DNA of 64,000 nt, from NCBI GenBank assembly GCA_030141605.1, contig JAQGDQ010000116.1, forward strand, positions 124,001-188,000, given 5' to 3'. Origin of the DNA: Tubiluchus corallicola. Its lineage: Eukaryota > Animalia > Priapulida. The position numbers and the translations under genes were made by a program. How positions within the stretch are numbered: position 1 is the first letter of the stretch; the number at the start of each line of letters is the position of its first letter. This document shows, in pieces, positions 15,101 to 26,759 of the stretch. Below the pieces are notes generated by a model. It searched no databases, had not been told where the DNA came from, and was given only the letters and a program-made list of their open reading frames with translations.

Positions 15101-15773
15101 AAAAAAGTTGAGATTGAATAAAGAAATCAGGAAACAAAATAAATTCGGGTTATTTTTTAGTCTACTTCAGATTTATCTTCAAGGAATTACAATAACTCAA
15201 GGGCGTACTTCTTTGATAATCCACGACGCTACGACAGTGAGGAAAGTTTAGCATATCACTGTGGGTCAGCAAGGTAAGGTGGCACTTGTTCTTGGATTCT
15301 TTTTTGAAAAAAATAAAGTTTGCATATTTTGCCAAGAATTTTAATTTTGAACAGACTTTCTTAAACTAATTATTTAGCAAATTGAATTTTTATTACGAGT
15401 ATGCCAAGTGTAAAGCATTTTGGCTGGTTTCAACATTGTATTATTTTTTTATCATTATATTCTTGGTGAAAGCTGTATGTAACAAATATTTTTTATACCC
15501 TACTGATTATTGGTTTTTAGTCATTCTCGCCCAAGTTGGTATGGTGAAGCAAACACACCAGTACAATCTCCAGGCTACTCAGTTAACAGTCCGTTGGCAA
15601 GGCAGATGTCAGGTGTTACCTATGGAAGTATAGCTCAGGGATGGTGGCAAACCAGTACTGGTACACCACCATGCAGTAGTGCTCCATGCTGCCAGGCTGC
15701 AGCACAGAAGCCATTCTTTAACTCATATCAGAGTCAACAGAGTGAAGGAATTCATGATCTAGTTTCACCTTAG
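12102..15773 (+). CDS. GPR137: GPR137/TM7SF1-family lysosomal integral membrane protein, 7 coding exons, 429 aa
   Basis: Exons 12102-12467, 12730-12773, 13085-13322, 13997-14143, 14334-14462, 15161-15273, 15521-15773; all GT-AG with consistent phases. Motifs: [66 protein letters not shown]. Confidence 0.93.
13480..13712. repeat. Degenerate short-period minisatellite (TGTCCAAATGTCCTA-like) in GPR137 intron 3
   Basis: Recurrent tgtctaaatgtccta / tgtctgaatgtcctc / tgcctaaatggccta / gtgtacaaattac / gtgtccaaatg variants. Confidence 0.55.
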
Positions 15774-16271
15774 ATAATGAACATCAAAGACAATACACAG
15801 CACCTTTTATTGCATCTTTTTCCCTGCGTGCAGACCTTCCTGGCTTTGAGGAATTGGCCCTTCCCCAATGTGCTTTCAACTTGACCAGTTGGTATATGGT
15901 ATTGTCTTACTTGTCATTTGAAATTCCATTTCTGGATATATCAGATATTTACCTTTTTACTAATGCAATAATTGATTTCTCTTAATTTACCAAATAACTG
16001 AAAACGTGACTTATATTATTACAATATATTTTTTTAATTTATTATTTCAAACTTTTATTTAATTTATAGTTAAGTTTGGAAGTTGTGGTAGACGTATAAT
16101 AAATTTGATGATGACAAATTGCACAACATGCGAGTAATTCAAACACTGTTTTTTTTATTAGAACTGCCCTCGTCAATTTTGCCAAGTCATTTAGTACACG
16201 TGTCATCGATTGTGTCAAATCATCATACTTAAAGAAAAACCAAATCCTAAACTGTAGGCCAAAGCAATATA

Positions 16272-16698
16272 CACTCATGTCTCGGTTTGCCGGACAGACT
16301 GCCAGACAAAGACGTTCTGAATTTGCCGATTGTCTGTATTTACCGATACTAAGCTAATATAGTAGTGTCGTGTATTATACTCATGGTAATGTAGAATCAA
16401 TTGCCTAATTGTCTCAAAAACATGTAGTATGGGCTGCTCCTATGCAAAAGTATATAAAAACTGTTAGCAATTGACTCAAATAACTCTACATAATTGACTC
16501 TATATTTTTATATATAGAGATATACACGTGGTTACACTGATGTAATGATGTAAACAAAGTGATGGCCTGCCAACTAGCAGTCAGCTCGGGGAAACAATGG
16601 ACTGTGTCCCTAGGATATGGGACTTTTTAACGGTCCAAATTTTGTCCAATTCTTCTGACATTCGTAAAAGTGAGGTCCGGCAAACCGAGATATGAGTG
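16272..16698. mobile_element. Tc1/mariner-superfamily (pogo/Tigger-like) MITE A
   Basis: 24-bp TIRs CACTCATGTCTCGGTTTGCCGGAC ... GTCCGGCAAACCGAGATATGAGTG (1 mismatch), with TA on both sides. Confidence 0.9.
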
Positions 16699-16762
16699 TA
16701 TTCTTTAAAATATTGAAAGAGAACATACTATTTTTTCAAGAGTGACTTATGTGAATGAATTA

Positions 16763-17217
16763 CCGTATTTTCCCGTGTATAAGAGACCCTTGTGTATAAG
16801 AGACCCCTTCAATTTTTAGGCAAAAATTCTGGAAAAAAGTTTTTTCAGACGGACATTTTTAGAGGGTAGAGTACAACTTTTTTCAACTCAGTGCGGTACT
16901 GAAAACAAAATAAAACCAGTTAATGTGTTGTAGAAAAAGAGTACTGGTATATATTAAAGTGCGTACCTGCAAACCTGTAACAGGAAAAGAGAAAACGAGG
17001 AGATAATGCCTGTGTCACGATGCTTGTATTGCTTACAACCGCTTCATAGTCGAACGCGACATGCAAAACAGTTGTAGAGCACTTATTTCTTTAAAATCAT
17101 TAGTGTCACAATTTATGCATCTTGTTGAAAAGACTTACTCCCATGTATAAGAGACCCCCTATTTTTAAAGTGAAAATTCTGAGCAAAAAAGGGTCTCTTA
17201 TACACGGGAAAATACGG
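16763..17217. mobile_element. Tc1/mariner-superfamily (Tc2-like) MITE B
   Basis: Perfect 29-bp TIRs CCGTATTTTCCCGTGTATAAGAGACCCTT, TA TSD, and subterminal repeats of TGTATAAGAGACCC. Confidence 0.93.
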
Positions 17218-19244
17218 TATTACCACAGAAATATAATTTCGCATTTGTGCGCCTAGTTCTTCGCTATTGTATGCTCTTCGCCATTTGTTATTTAGATGAG
17301 CACTGCGCCTACATTTCTGAAGTGCTTTGCACAAAAAATAAATACTGTACCTCTCAGTTCAGATGTGTTCAGTTGTAACATACTGCACACTTTTAAGAGC
17401 TCATGCATGAGCACAGCGATAAACTTGAAATTTGAATTTTAAACTTAAAATTTGTCGAGTTTTTGTACATCACACGGAATGTTGTACAGTAGCATTGTAC
17501 TTCAATTTTCGTTTTCACAAACATGTTCGACATACTCATGGAATGTTTTTGCTGTTGAAAATTATGTTTGTTTGTGATATCATCATTAGCTGGACTCATC
17601 TGCCGTCAATTAAGTTTTTAACCTACCATTTAATTATAAGAATTGCTTTGGCATTATTTTATTAGTTAAATGTACACATTTTACCGCACTTCAAAAAATA
17701 CGAAAAATTGTCCAGTTTTGCTTTAAATGCAACATGTCATTTATGCAAGTGCCGTATGCCGAGTTAAAAGATGCTGCCCAGTGTCAATTCTGAAATGCCA
17801 TGAAAAATTAATGACCTGTGTTTAAGGTTACATTAAATAATTAACTAATTTACATTGACTAACTGCCAGCTATTTATTTATAATACACTTGATATAAGAA
17901 TATAATATAATGAAGTTTAATTAGCACATTCCTAACGACTGGATTATTTATCCAAGAATGTTTAGTATAGCAACTCTGCAGGTCAGATATCGAGTACTAG
18001 AGTGCCCATGTGTTTGAAGTATTATTTTATATTGTATTTGAACTCTTGCTTGGAAAATAGTTTCACACAAACTTGAGCAGACTAAATGCAAAAATTATGT
18101 TATTTATATTGAAAACTGTTTAACTTTAACTATACAAATCGAACATTTTTATTAGTAATATTAATATTGAAATATGTTAATGCATGTTTATATATTTAGT
18201 GCATGACATTCATTTGTAGATAGTAAACCTTTAGATGCACACTTCCTCCTTAATAACCATAATTGACAATTTGATATTAATATTAGCAATCAGTAATGTA
18301 AGTTTGACCCGTACATACATTCAATTGAATATTAACAACCCAAGTTTGACGTTTGTGAGCTGCACTTCATCTTGGCAACAGTTGGCTTTATAATTAGACA
18401 TTTTTATATATTTGGACAGACATTTTATTAATTTATCTGCAAACATAATAGTGCATAAAACCAATATTTATCATTATATATAAGTTTACTAAAAGTGCAT
18501 AAAAACAATATGTATTATTATGAGTTTTTAAAACTTGTTTCTATAATTCCTCAATACTAATCACCACTTTTATGTACAATTTGCAGTAATGTTATTAATA
18601 TTTCAATGTAACAATATTCCATGTAATTTTTTTATGATACATGCTTGCATTAATGTTATTAATATTCCTATGTAACAATATTCCATGTAATTTGTTTTAT
18701 GATATACGTTAATCATTTTCATGTATCTATATATTACATTGTAATAATAAGCATTTTAAATTAAATAAGCTGTTCTTAATAGACAAACTGTTTGTACCCA
18801 TGATTCAAAAAAGCTTAACTTTTTTCATGAAATGTTAAGAAAGTCAATACCTCAATACATGTACTCAGTGTATTTCATGCAGTAGCAGCAAATGTTTAAG
18901 TTTAATAATAAAAATACTAATACATAGAAAGATGGATGCTGGGTGAAAAGCAGCGACGTCATATGCTATTGCTTTATGATGTTGGGGCTGTTCGACTATA
19001 AAAAATATCATATTTGAAAATTCAGTATATTGCAATATCAAATCCCTTTTAAACTCAAAGACGTTCATACATTAAGCAATGCATCAGAAGTGTTTTTTAA
19101 AGAATTAAAATTACACTTTACAGTAAGCCATAGAGGAGCTTAATATTAGACACAATACAATGAATACAAATTACATCATTTAGTATGTAAACTAAACGAA
19201 AATTAAAATTCCAACAAAAACATCTCCATTACTAACAAAAGAAT

Positions 19245-20846
19245 TTATGATGTCTTTTTACTCATCACAACAGACCTTGATTTAAAAGACTGATGATAAA
19301 ACATTAGCCAAGAGTATAACACTCCTATAGAGCAGTAACATGAAATCAACATCAGAGGCAAAAATGGTAACGTTTCATGCAAGGCAAGAAGCTTGTGTAC
19401 AAAGACACAATAGGATTCTATTACTACAATGCCACTAAGATAAAGGCACTCTAATGGACTCAAAATTTCTCGAAACACATTTTCCTTTCCATAAAACTTT
19501 TTTAGGAAGGTGAACATGACCACAGTATACAGTAATAATAAGCACGTTTTAGGAAGCCACTCTGGTAGTGTGAGCACGAGAGGAAACAAAGAATAATGGC
19601 CAGTTATTGATAAAATGCTAGAAATCCGAGCCCCATGTATGTTCTCAACAACTATTAAGGTCAGAGGAATTATAATAAGCAAGATCGCCTTTTCGTGGAC
19701 ATGCCACCCAAATAAGAATGAGCCAAATGCACAAAGAATTATGCACCGCACAAAGCAGTTCTTGTCCTTTGGCTTAAGCCAAAGATCGATCAATGGTGGT
19801 ACTATGGACATGGCAGTCATAACAAGAGTTACGAAAGGAGTAATCCGTGGAAGAACGGTGTGGTCATACTCTTGTACGAGCCCACTTGTCATAGAACCAG
19901 GTGAGACATTAGTTATATAACCTGATTTTGCTCCTATAAAGGTCAGAAGTTTGTCAGCAAGATTGTACACAGCCCAAAAGTTTGGAGCCCAGTATGCATG
20001 GCACAGTCCTCTCTTAAATGGAAACAGTCTAGACAAAACTTGACGGAGTTCTCCCATCAATATGAAAGGTCCAAATGATGCACCAAAAACACCAATCACT
20101 GTAGCTGAAAGAGTCATCAAGCGGAAAAAGGAAAAAGATTTCCATACAACACGTCCACATGGAGTAAACCGTTGAAAGCAGTAATACTTGAGCAGATAAA
20201 CAAAATAAGCTGGAGCAATATAAATGTAAATATGCTTAAAATTCAGCAACAAACTAAACCAAAAAGCACTAAGTAAATAATTACCACGTATTATGCAAGT
20301 AATACTTAATAACATCATTCCAAACAAAAACCCATTATACTGAAAGTGAATATGATCAACAATAAGCAAGCCAAAATTACCAACCAACAAAATAGAAAGA
20401 ATAGATTTTTTATTGTTGGCAGTATCTGGGTTATTATGTGCATCTTTACCTAATGTAAATGTTTTGCAGTATTCCTTCACCGCAATGATGTATACTAAAT
20501 CCAATATTATCACGGAAGCTCTTTGAAAATACACTGTGGCTGGGCTGTCATAGTTCAAATTGTTAATGTTCACCATTTGCGGATCTATGTGAATGGCCAC
20601 TCGTGACAATGCAAACTCAAGCCATGCAAAAAAGGGTGGATAATCAAGAGTCCATTGAGATTTGTCCTCTCTGTACCACCTACTCAAAGGCAGGTTGTAA
20701 GTAATGGCCATCCAATTCCGATGCACTTCAAAGTCCGTTGATCTGTAACACGTCATTAGCAGCAGTTTGATGCAAGTCACTACTGCAGCTGTCAGCCATA
20801 TGGATATATCTAAATTCACTATTGTTTTTCCTTTAGCTTGCATCAT
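19245..20846 (-). CDS. ALG8: Dolichyl-P-Glc alpha-1,3-glucosyltransferase ALG8, single coding exon, 533 aa
   Basis: Motifs YRSTDFEVHRNWMAIT, WTLDYPPFFA, VDHIHFQYNG, NFKHIYIYIAPAY, RLFPFKRGLCHAYWAPNFWA, FGWHVHEKAIL. Confidence 0.97.
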   Translation of the reverse strand: MMQAKGKTIVNLDISIWLTAAVVTCIKLLLMTCYRSTDFEVHRNWMAITYNLPLSRWYREDKSQWTLDYPPFFAWLEFALSRVAIHIDPQMVNINNLNYDSPATVYFQRASVIILDLVYIIAVKEYCKTFTLGKDAHNNPDTANNKKSILSILLVGNFGLLIVDHIHFQYNGFLFGMMLLSITCIIRGNYLLSAFWFSLLLNFKHIYIYIAPAYFVYLLKYYCFQRFTPCGRVVWKSFSFFRLMTLSATVIGVFGASFGPFILMGELRQVLSRLFPFKRGLCHAYWAPNFWAVYNLADKLLTFIGAKSGYITNVSPGSMTSGLVQEYDHTVLPRITPFVTLVMTAMSIVPPLIDLWLKPKDKNCFVRCIILCAFGSFLFGWHVHEKAILLIIIPLTLIVVENIHGARISSILSITGHYSLFPLVLTLPEWLPKTCLLLLYTVVMFTFLKKFYGKENVFREILSPLECLYLSGIVVIESYCVFVHKLLALHETLPFLPLMLISCYCSIGVLYSWLMFYHQSFKSRSVVMSKKTS

Positions 20847-21350
20847 TAGTTCGTAAGTACCTACAGCTTGATATCAATTGCTGAAAAAATTAAAAAAAAA
20901 ACAGTAGTGTCAGGCTGGTAACGAATATAAGAATATTACATACGATAAAAATCTGAATGCCTAAGACTAAAACCCTGGATTTTCCTGCAATATTACTGAG
21001 ATAAAGTCAAACTATTAATGACACATCATAAATTAAACTAGAAACAAGTACAAGTTTTACGACAAACAGAAATGCTACTAATAAAATAAACAAAAATATC
21101 TTACTACACAACAATCTCCAATCTTTTATGCAATACAGACATCTATCAGCAGTGCCTACGTTTATCATTATAGTGAGATTTCCCACTTCAATAACCATTG
21201 ATTACAACCTGTATTAAATGGCTACAGTGCAATGAAAGTCAAATAACTATCCGCAGTTTTGAGAATTTTGCATTGGCTTACACTTAATGAGGCTTAGATA
21301 AAGATGATCTGATGCTGATAGATTAACTTCACGTGCTGAGCTAGTATTAA

Positions 21351-22924
21351 TCAGAATTGTTGTTTGAACATGATAGTGCCATATTTAGGACCGTCTACAG
21401 TTAAAGAATTTCTGCATATTTTAATATCACAAAGTTTCACATCTGATACATGCTGAACATCAATGCCATTATTTCCTGTTGAGGTAAAGATGCTTAATAA
21501 ATTTGTGGCTGTCACATTCAGGTAGCAAGTGCATGGATTTGGTCGAAAAACTCCTACATTATATAGGAAAAGACCAGAATGAATGTTAAGGTGATGATCA
21601 TCAATGGCTTTCTTATTGATAGTTGCCTGTATTTCTCCTGTTTGATCATGCAAAGAACCATGGCTTCATTTCTTTTGCAGCTGATAGCTTTATAAGAACA
21701 CACAAGAATGGGACTTTGTCTTTGGGTAGTTGCTGTAATGCAGACATTTTCCTTAGCCATGATATTGTATAGTATTTTATTTCTTGTAATTGCTCAGCTG
21801 CTAAATGACACTGCATGCTATACCAAGGTTCAGTGGTCCAACACTGAGGTAGTGAGTTGATATCCCTGTTACAATCAGACAATACGCTTTCTTTGTGTGC
21901 AAGTTTGTCACAAGAAGGGCCTCTAGAAGGAATTCCTGCAGGCTCTGGAAATCTCCTTACATAATCCCTTTCACTACCAGTAATTCTATTGTGAACTAAA
22001 CTCATTTTATTATCAGATTTACTTGCTATGCTGCTTGCATGTGTATAGCATATATTGCCTATTGGCATGTTCTCAGTTAAATACTTTGTCTTATCTGTGT
22101 TCAATAATGAAAGTTCATTAGTAGGTGTTCTTGCTATAGTATGACTAGTACATGGAATACTGACTCTTGGTGGGCTCAAATTTGTTAGGCGATTTATTAC
22201 ATTTGAATTCGACTGAGCAGATTCTTCTGCGGGTCTACTTATTATAGCACTGTTAGTATGTGCTTGCCCTGGAGTGAATGAGATGATTGATATGTTACTG
22301 TTTGTTGGGCCAGTTGATTGCAAATGACAGGTATCTGGATATCTGCTGACTTTGTATCTCTCAGTCTTTGCTGTTTTACTATCAATGCCACTGTAACGTG
22401 AAACCATGTTCTGACTGGTTGCTTTTTCTCACTTTATGAATTGTGTCTCGCATGCCTGAATATGAAGCACCTGCTTTTAAGCATTTAGATTTTCTTTCAG
22501 AACTTGCACTATTTTCTAGTAAAAAACATTCAGTTGTAACAGATTTCAAAATTTCTTTTTGTGGTGCCACACTTTCATGATTATGCAACGACCTGTTGGC
22601 CAAATTACCACTGTGAGTGGCGTTGTATTGCTGGCAATCGGAAATATTCATTTTGAATCCACTAATATATGCATTCTTTTCATAGGTATTCATCTCAGAC
22701 ATGCTATTTACATGATCGTCATCAAGCTGTGAAATATATCCTTGTGGAATGCAGTTCAAAGTTTCTTTGGTAGATGCACAGTTATGATCATAGCAATTAC
22801 CAGATTGCTCAATGTTGATGAAACCGCAACCAATCTTTCTAAAATCATTAGAGTAAGAGCCATCACTATTTAGTCCTGCCATAGCAAATTCAAATAATGG
22901 ATTGTCATAAAACTCCTCCTCCAT
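21351..22924 (-). pseudogene. HROB: HROB (C17orf53/MCM8IP) homolog, intronless, three frameshifts
   Basis: Kozak GCACCATGG at 22924. RRFPEPAGI (cf. RRFPGPAG). The OB-fold is rebuilt across three frames: KVPFLCVLIK / AISCKRNEAMVL / HDQTGEIQATI...GLFLYNVGVFRP...YLNVTATNLLSIF. Frame changes at about 22382-22430, 21690 and 21653. Confidence 0.8.
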
Positions 22925-23234
22925 GGTGCAAATGAATCTGAAAAAACCAAAAGGCCTGTCTAAACTATACATCTTTATCTGTTTAAACAGTTTAAGCTTT
23001 GAAACAGCACCTAAATGAAATAGCTGTATTACTACTTCTTAATCATTAATGAATAATGTTCGGTTACATGAAAAATAGTGTAATTTAGCTTTTTGGGAAT
23101 AGACACAAATGTTTGGCGGTTAACAAATTTGACACAAATACAAGACAGTAAATGAGTAGTTTAGCTAATGAAATAATAAAAATTTATACCTTTATATCAA
23201 TGCCTTAATTTTATTAACAACACACCTATTTATT

Positions 23235-23847
23235 TCAACGTTTGCTTGAAATTGATCTAGCAGCTGTTGTTTCTGACTTTTTCAACATTTCCAGCTGTCT
23301 CTTTCCTCTGCGAAAGAGGTACTCTACATGCATAACATCTTTTTTTGACACCTCCACAGAATTTTTCCTGCAAGATATAACAAAATGATAGTACATTTTG
23401 TACATCTTGAGCATTTTAAAACTTTAAAGAGAACTACAGCTAATTATACAGTCAAGCATTCAGCAACCGAATTGTACCAGTGAATCAGTGCAATAGTATT
23501 TGACTTAACCACTAGCACCTTTTTGGTGCAGTAAAAATCAAATAGCGAAATAAATATCACACATTCTTCTCATTGTAATCGTTCGTTTCATAAAAGCTGA
23601 GCAGTACACACTTTTGACTACTTTTCACATCTAATTTACACGACACCTAAAATTTAAATGTAAATTCGGGCAACCGAGACTCAATGTATCATATGCTCAT
23701 CATCCAGACAACTGAGACCTCTCTAGAATAAGCTACTCACTTAAATTGCTGCCTAATCAAATCCTTTGCACCAGGCTTTCCTTCAGCTGCTCTAAGGAAG
23801 CTTTTATATAAACCAAGAATCTGCACTTGTAAACCACTGTGCCTCAT
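23235..23847 (-). CDS. SDHAF1: Succinate dehydrogenase assembly factor 1 (LYR protein), 2 exons, 79 aa; absent from the ORF track
   Basis: Exons 23847-23741 (MRHSGLQVQILGLYKSFLRAAEGKPGAKDLIRQQFK, donor GTGAGT) and 23367-23235 (KNSVEVSKKDVMHVEYLFRRGKRQLEMLKKSETTAARSISSKR*). AATAAA follows the stop directly. Confidence 0.92.
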
Positions 23848-26759
23848 CACCAAACCATAATACAGATTATACTGTTAAGTATTTCTGCAAAAAATAAACC
23901 TTAAAATCTAAATAAAATAAAAAGGAAGTTATCAAAGCAAAGTTAAATACTGTATAGTTTATTATTGGTGCTGTTTGCTGTAGATAAGTGAATTTCCACT
24001 GCGTTAAAGTCTACAGACATTCTTATCAGTTATACATGAAATTAATAATTGATTGGCTAGGTAGTATTACCTGCATTTTGCATAGATATTTGGAAATGCA
24101 TTCTGATTAGTCTTTGAAGTAATAATCTTTAACTTGTTTAGTATAAAAGACACACTCATACAGTTATGTCTTGGGGTTAATCTGAGATATAGCTCAAAGC
24201 ACGAATGCAGCATGTACAGTTGAATCTAAAAACTGCTTTTATAAATTTACAAAGTTTTCTTCACCCACTTATGAGTAAGCTTATATTTTAAACTTCCGAA
24301 ATACAAAAGTTAATGTAAAAACGGGAAGTGTGAAAAAGTTGGAACACAACCTGAATTGAACCAGGTGCCATAACCACAAGACTACCACATTTCTCATCGA
24401 TCATGACAGTCCAAAGTTCATCTCTTTTTAGTCAAAAATTATATAGGTAATTTAGTTGGTAAGAATCTCTCTTGTGGTAGTGATGATCAGCAATATAACA
24501 TTATGGAATGAACTGTAGACTGTTATGGTCAGTGCATTTGGTTACAATGTCAAACTAATTGTGAGTTTGTGCTACCATGACTACTGTGAAAATTTATTTG
24601 GTTAATTCACAAATCTCCTTTGCAATAATGAGTTAACTTCAGCGAATTGAAGGGATTAATTTAATAACAATTTTAAATTCTTTCAATTAAATGACCAAGC
24701 ACGCGGGTTTATCGAAGTAATGTGTGCATAAATAATAATTGGGGCCACCTTGGAAATAAGTACTGAGTTACTTAAGGTGTTATCTCTGGACAATGTCCTA
24801 AGGAAAATGATTATTATTATTATCGTCGTCTGTAAAATCAGGCATCCAGGGACAGAATTCTGTTTTACACCTTTTTGTAATGGACCAAGCACTTCTGTCT
24901 TTAAGGATTAGTGCTGAAGTGTTTAAATCTTCCTGTCATCATCATCACATATCATCATGTATCCACAAATGTCTATTGTAAACATTGGATAGGCAGAAAC
25001 TGTAAAATAAAAGAAATCTGCCCTCAAGACAGGTAAAAACAGCAGTAATCTAGTAAAAAAGTAGACACTGCCGTGGGTGCTAGTGACACCTAGTTAACGT
25101 TTGTGAAATCTTGTTAGTTTCAACCTTGTTTAACTTTGTCATTCGTTACAGCCAATCAGATGTCAGAAGCCAAATTTAGGTACAGTCACATGACTTTCAT
25201 GACCTGCTTTTCCTGGTCATACTTACACGTATGCGATTCGCTTTTTCTTACTGCTGTAGTTCTGGTGAACTCACTAAATACTGTTTGTTATCCAGGATTC
25301 CATTTAATCGCCAAATTATAAGTTCTGTTAATTAATTTAGACTAAATTATTTTTATTTTGTTAATTAATGCAATAATCTGCTATGTGTGCTATAGATCAG
25401 AAATCAATTAGAAACACGTCATATTTTTATGTAGCTGCTGTAATTTTCACCTGTTAATCTGTTAATAATTTTTCTATTGTTTGCATCTCTTTGTCGTTGA
25501 ATCACATCTTTACACTGAATAAATTAATTTCAGGTTTATTGCACCAAGTAATGCCGGAGTTAGATTTTTCTTTTAGATATTCTACTTGGGTGCATCCACA
25601 CTGCTATGCCAGTGACTTGTCAGCACCACTTCCAAGCTGTTCATCATGTGTGTGCTTGTACATTCTAAAACACAACTTGCTCCACCTCTGGATGCTAGGC
25701 ACTCCTATCTATCACCATCGCCCATGTTGCACCATCCTCAAATCTAGTTGTACTTGTTGATTTTTTGCAGTATACATCAATAACTGGTCTCCAATTGTTT
25801 TTTTTGCAATTTCAAGCGCTTTATCAGTTTACGTAACACTATATATATATATATGAAGAGGAGATTCCTAGGTAGTCTTACTTTAGTACATGGCCAAAGC
25901 AATGCAGCCAGTTTTCCTATTGCATAATGAGATTTCTTACTGTTAATGATTTGTAATTCAGCGCCAAGCAATGTGCAATTCTACTGTCACTTATGTTTTT
26001 GAATGTGTCATTGAGCAGATGTAAAATTTGCCAATGTAGGCTGTAACTGAAGTATTTGTGCAAAAACTTGAACTGAAATTGTTTTCTTTACTTAATGGTG
26101 CTTCTTCACCACATCATGCAGACTATCGTGATATTCTATCAAGCAATTTAATACCTAATAATTTTCTATAGAGATGTCTTTGAAAAGTGTCAATTTCCTT
26201 CAGTTGTTTAACTTTTATAGCTCAGTATTGCATAAAAAACATGTTTGCGGAAAACCTTAGCTAAACAATATAGGAATTCTTCTATTAAAGGGACGCGCAT
26301 AGATAATAATTTTTACCAACGTAATTTCACACTGCATCGTTTGCACATCCATTGTAAAAGGAACGGGGGTAATTTGCCTTGTAATTAATTTTACCCATGC
26401 TTTTGCTTTATTAACTCCGGTATGTAGCATTTATCTCAGATTTATATGAAAAATGCCTTTTTATTTCGTAAGTGGAGAAAGCGATTAGGGAAAGGAAACA
26501 ATTCGTATCATAGTCTATGACTTGGGATTCGACGTTGAACCACAAGAGAGTGCTCGCGAAAATATGCTATAATTATAATATGTCATCGAAAATTGAGAAG
26601 AATTGTTTTAATAGTGGGTTTTTTAATAAAGTTATGTTCAAAACGTTGTTAATGCACATTCTTCTTACACAGCAGATCTGTTTGATTTACCCCCGGTTTT
26701 TATTTATTCTTCGACCTTTTTGTTTTTTTATTAACGGAGCCTGGGCACAGGGCTAGGTT

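Larger units (their letters stand above)
16240..17720. repeat. Interspersed repeat, copy 1 (host of MITEs A and B); inverted paralog at 38680-39290
   Basis: Colinear similarity to the reverse complement of 38680-39290, including the shared block CTGTACCTCTCAGTTCAGATGTGTT. Family not identified. Confidence 0.8.

Noticed and set aside
18450-18712. Short tandem duplications (about 44 bp x2 and 64 bp x2) between GPR137 and ALG8
   Set aside because: AT-rich slippage duplications with no sign of function.
19615-19920. Antisense ORF within ALG8 (likewise 61061-61309 within the GPCR)
   Set aside because: Shadow ORFs of real coding sequence with no independent evidence.
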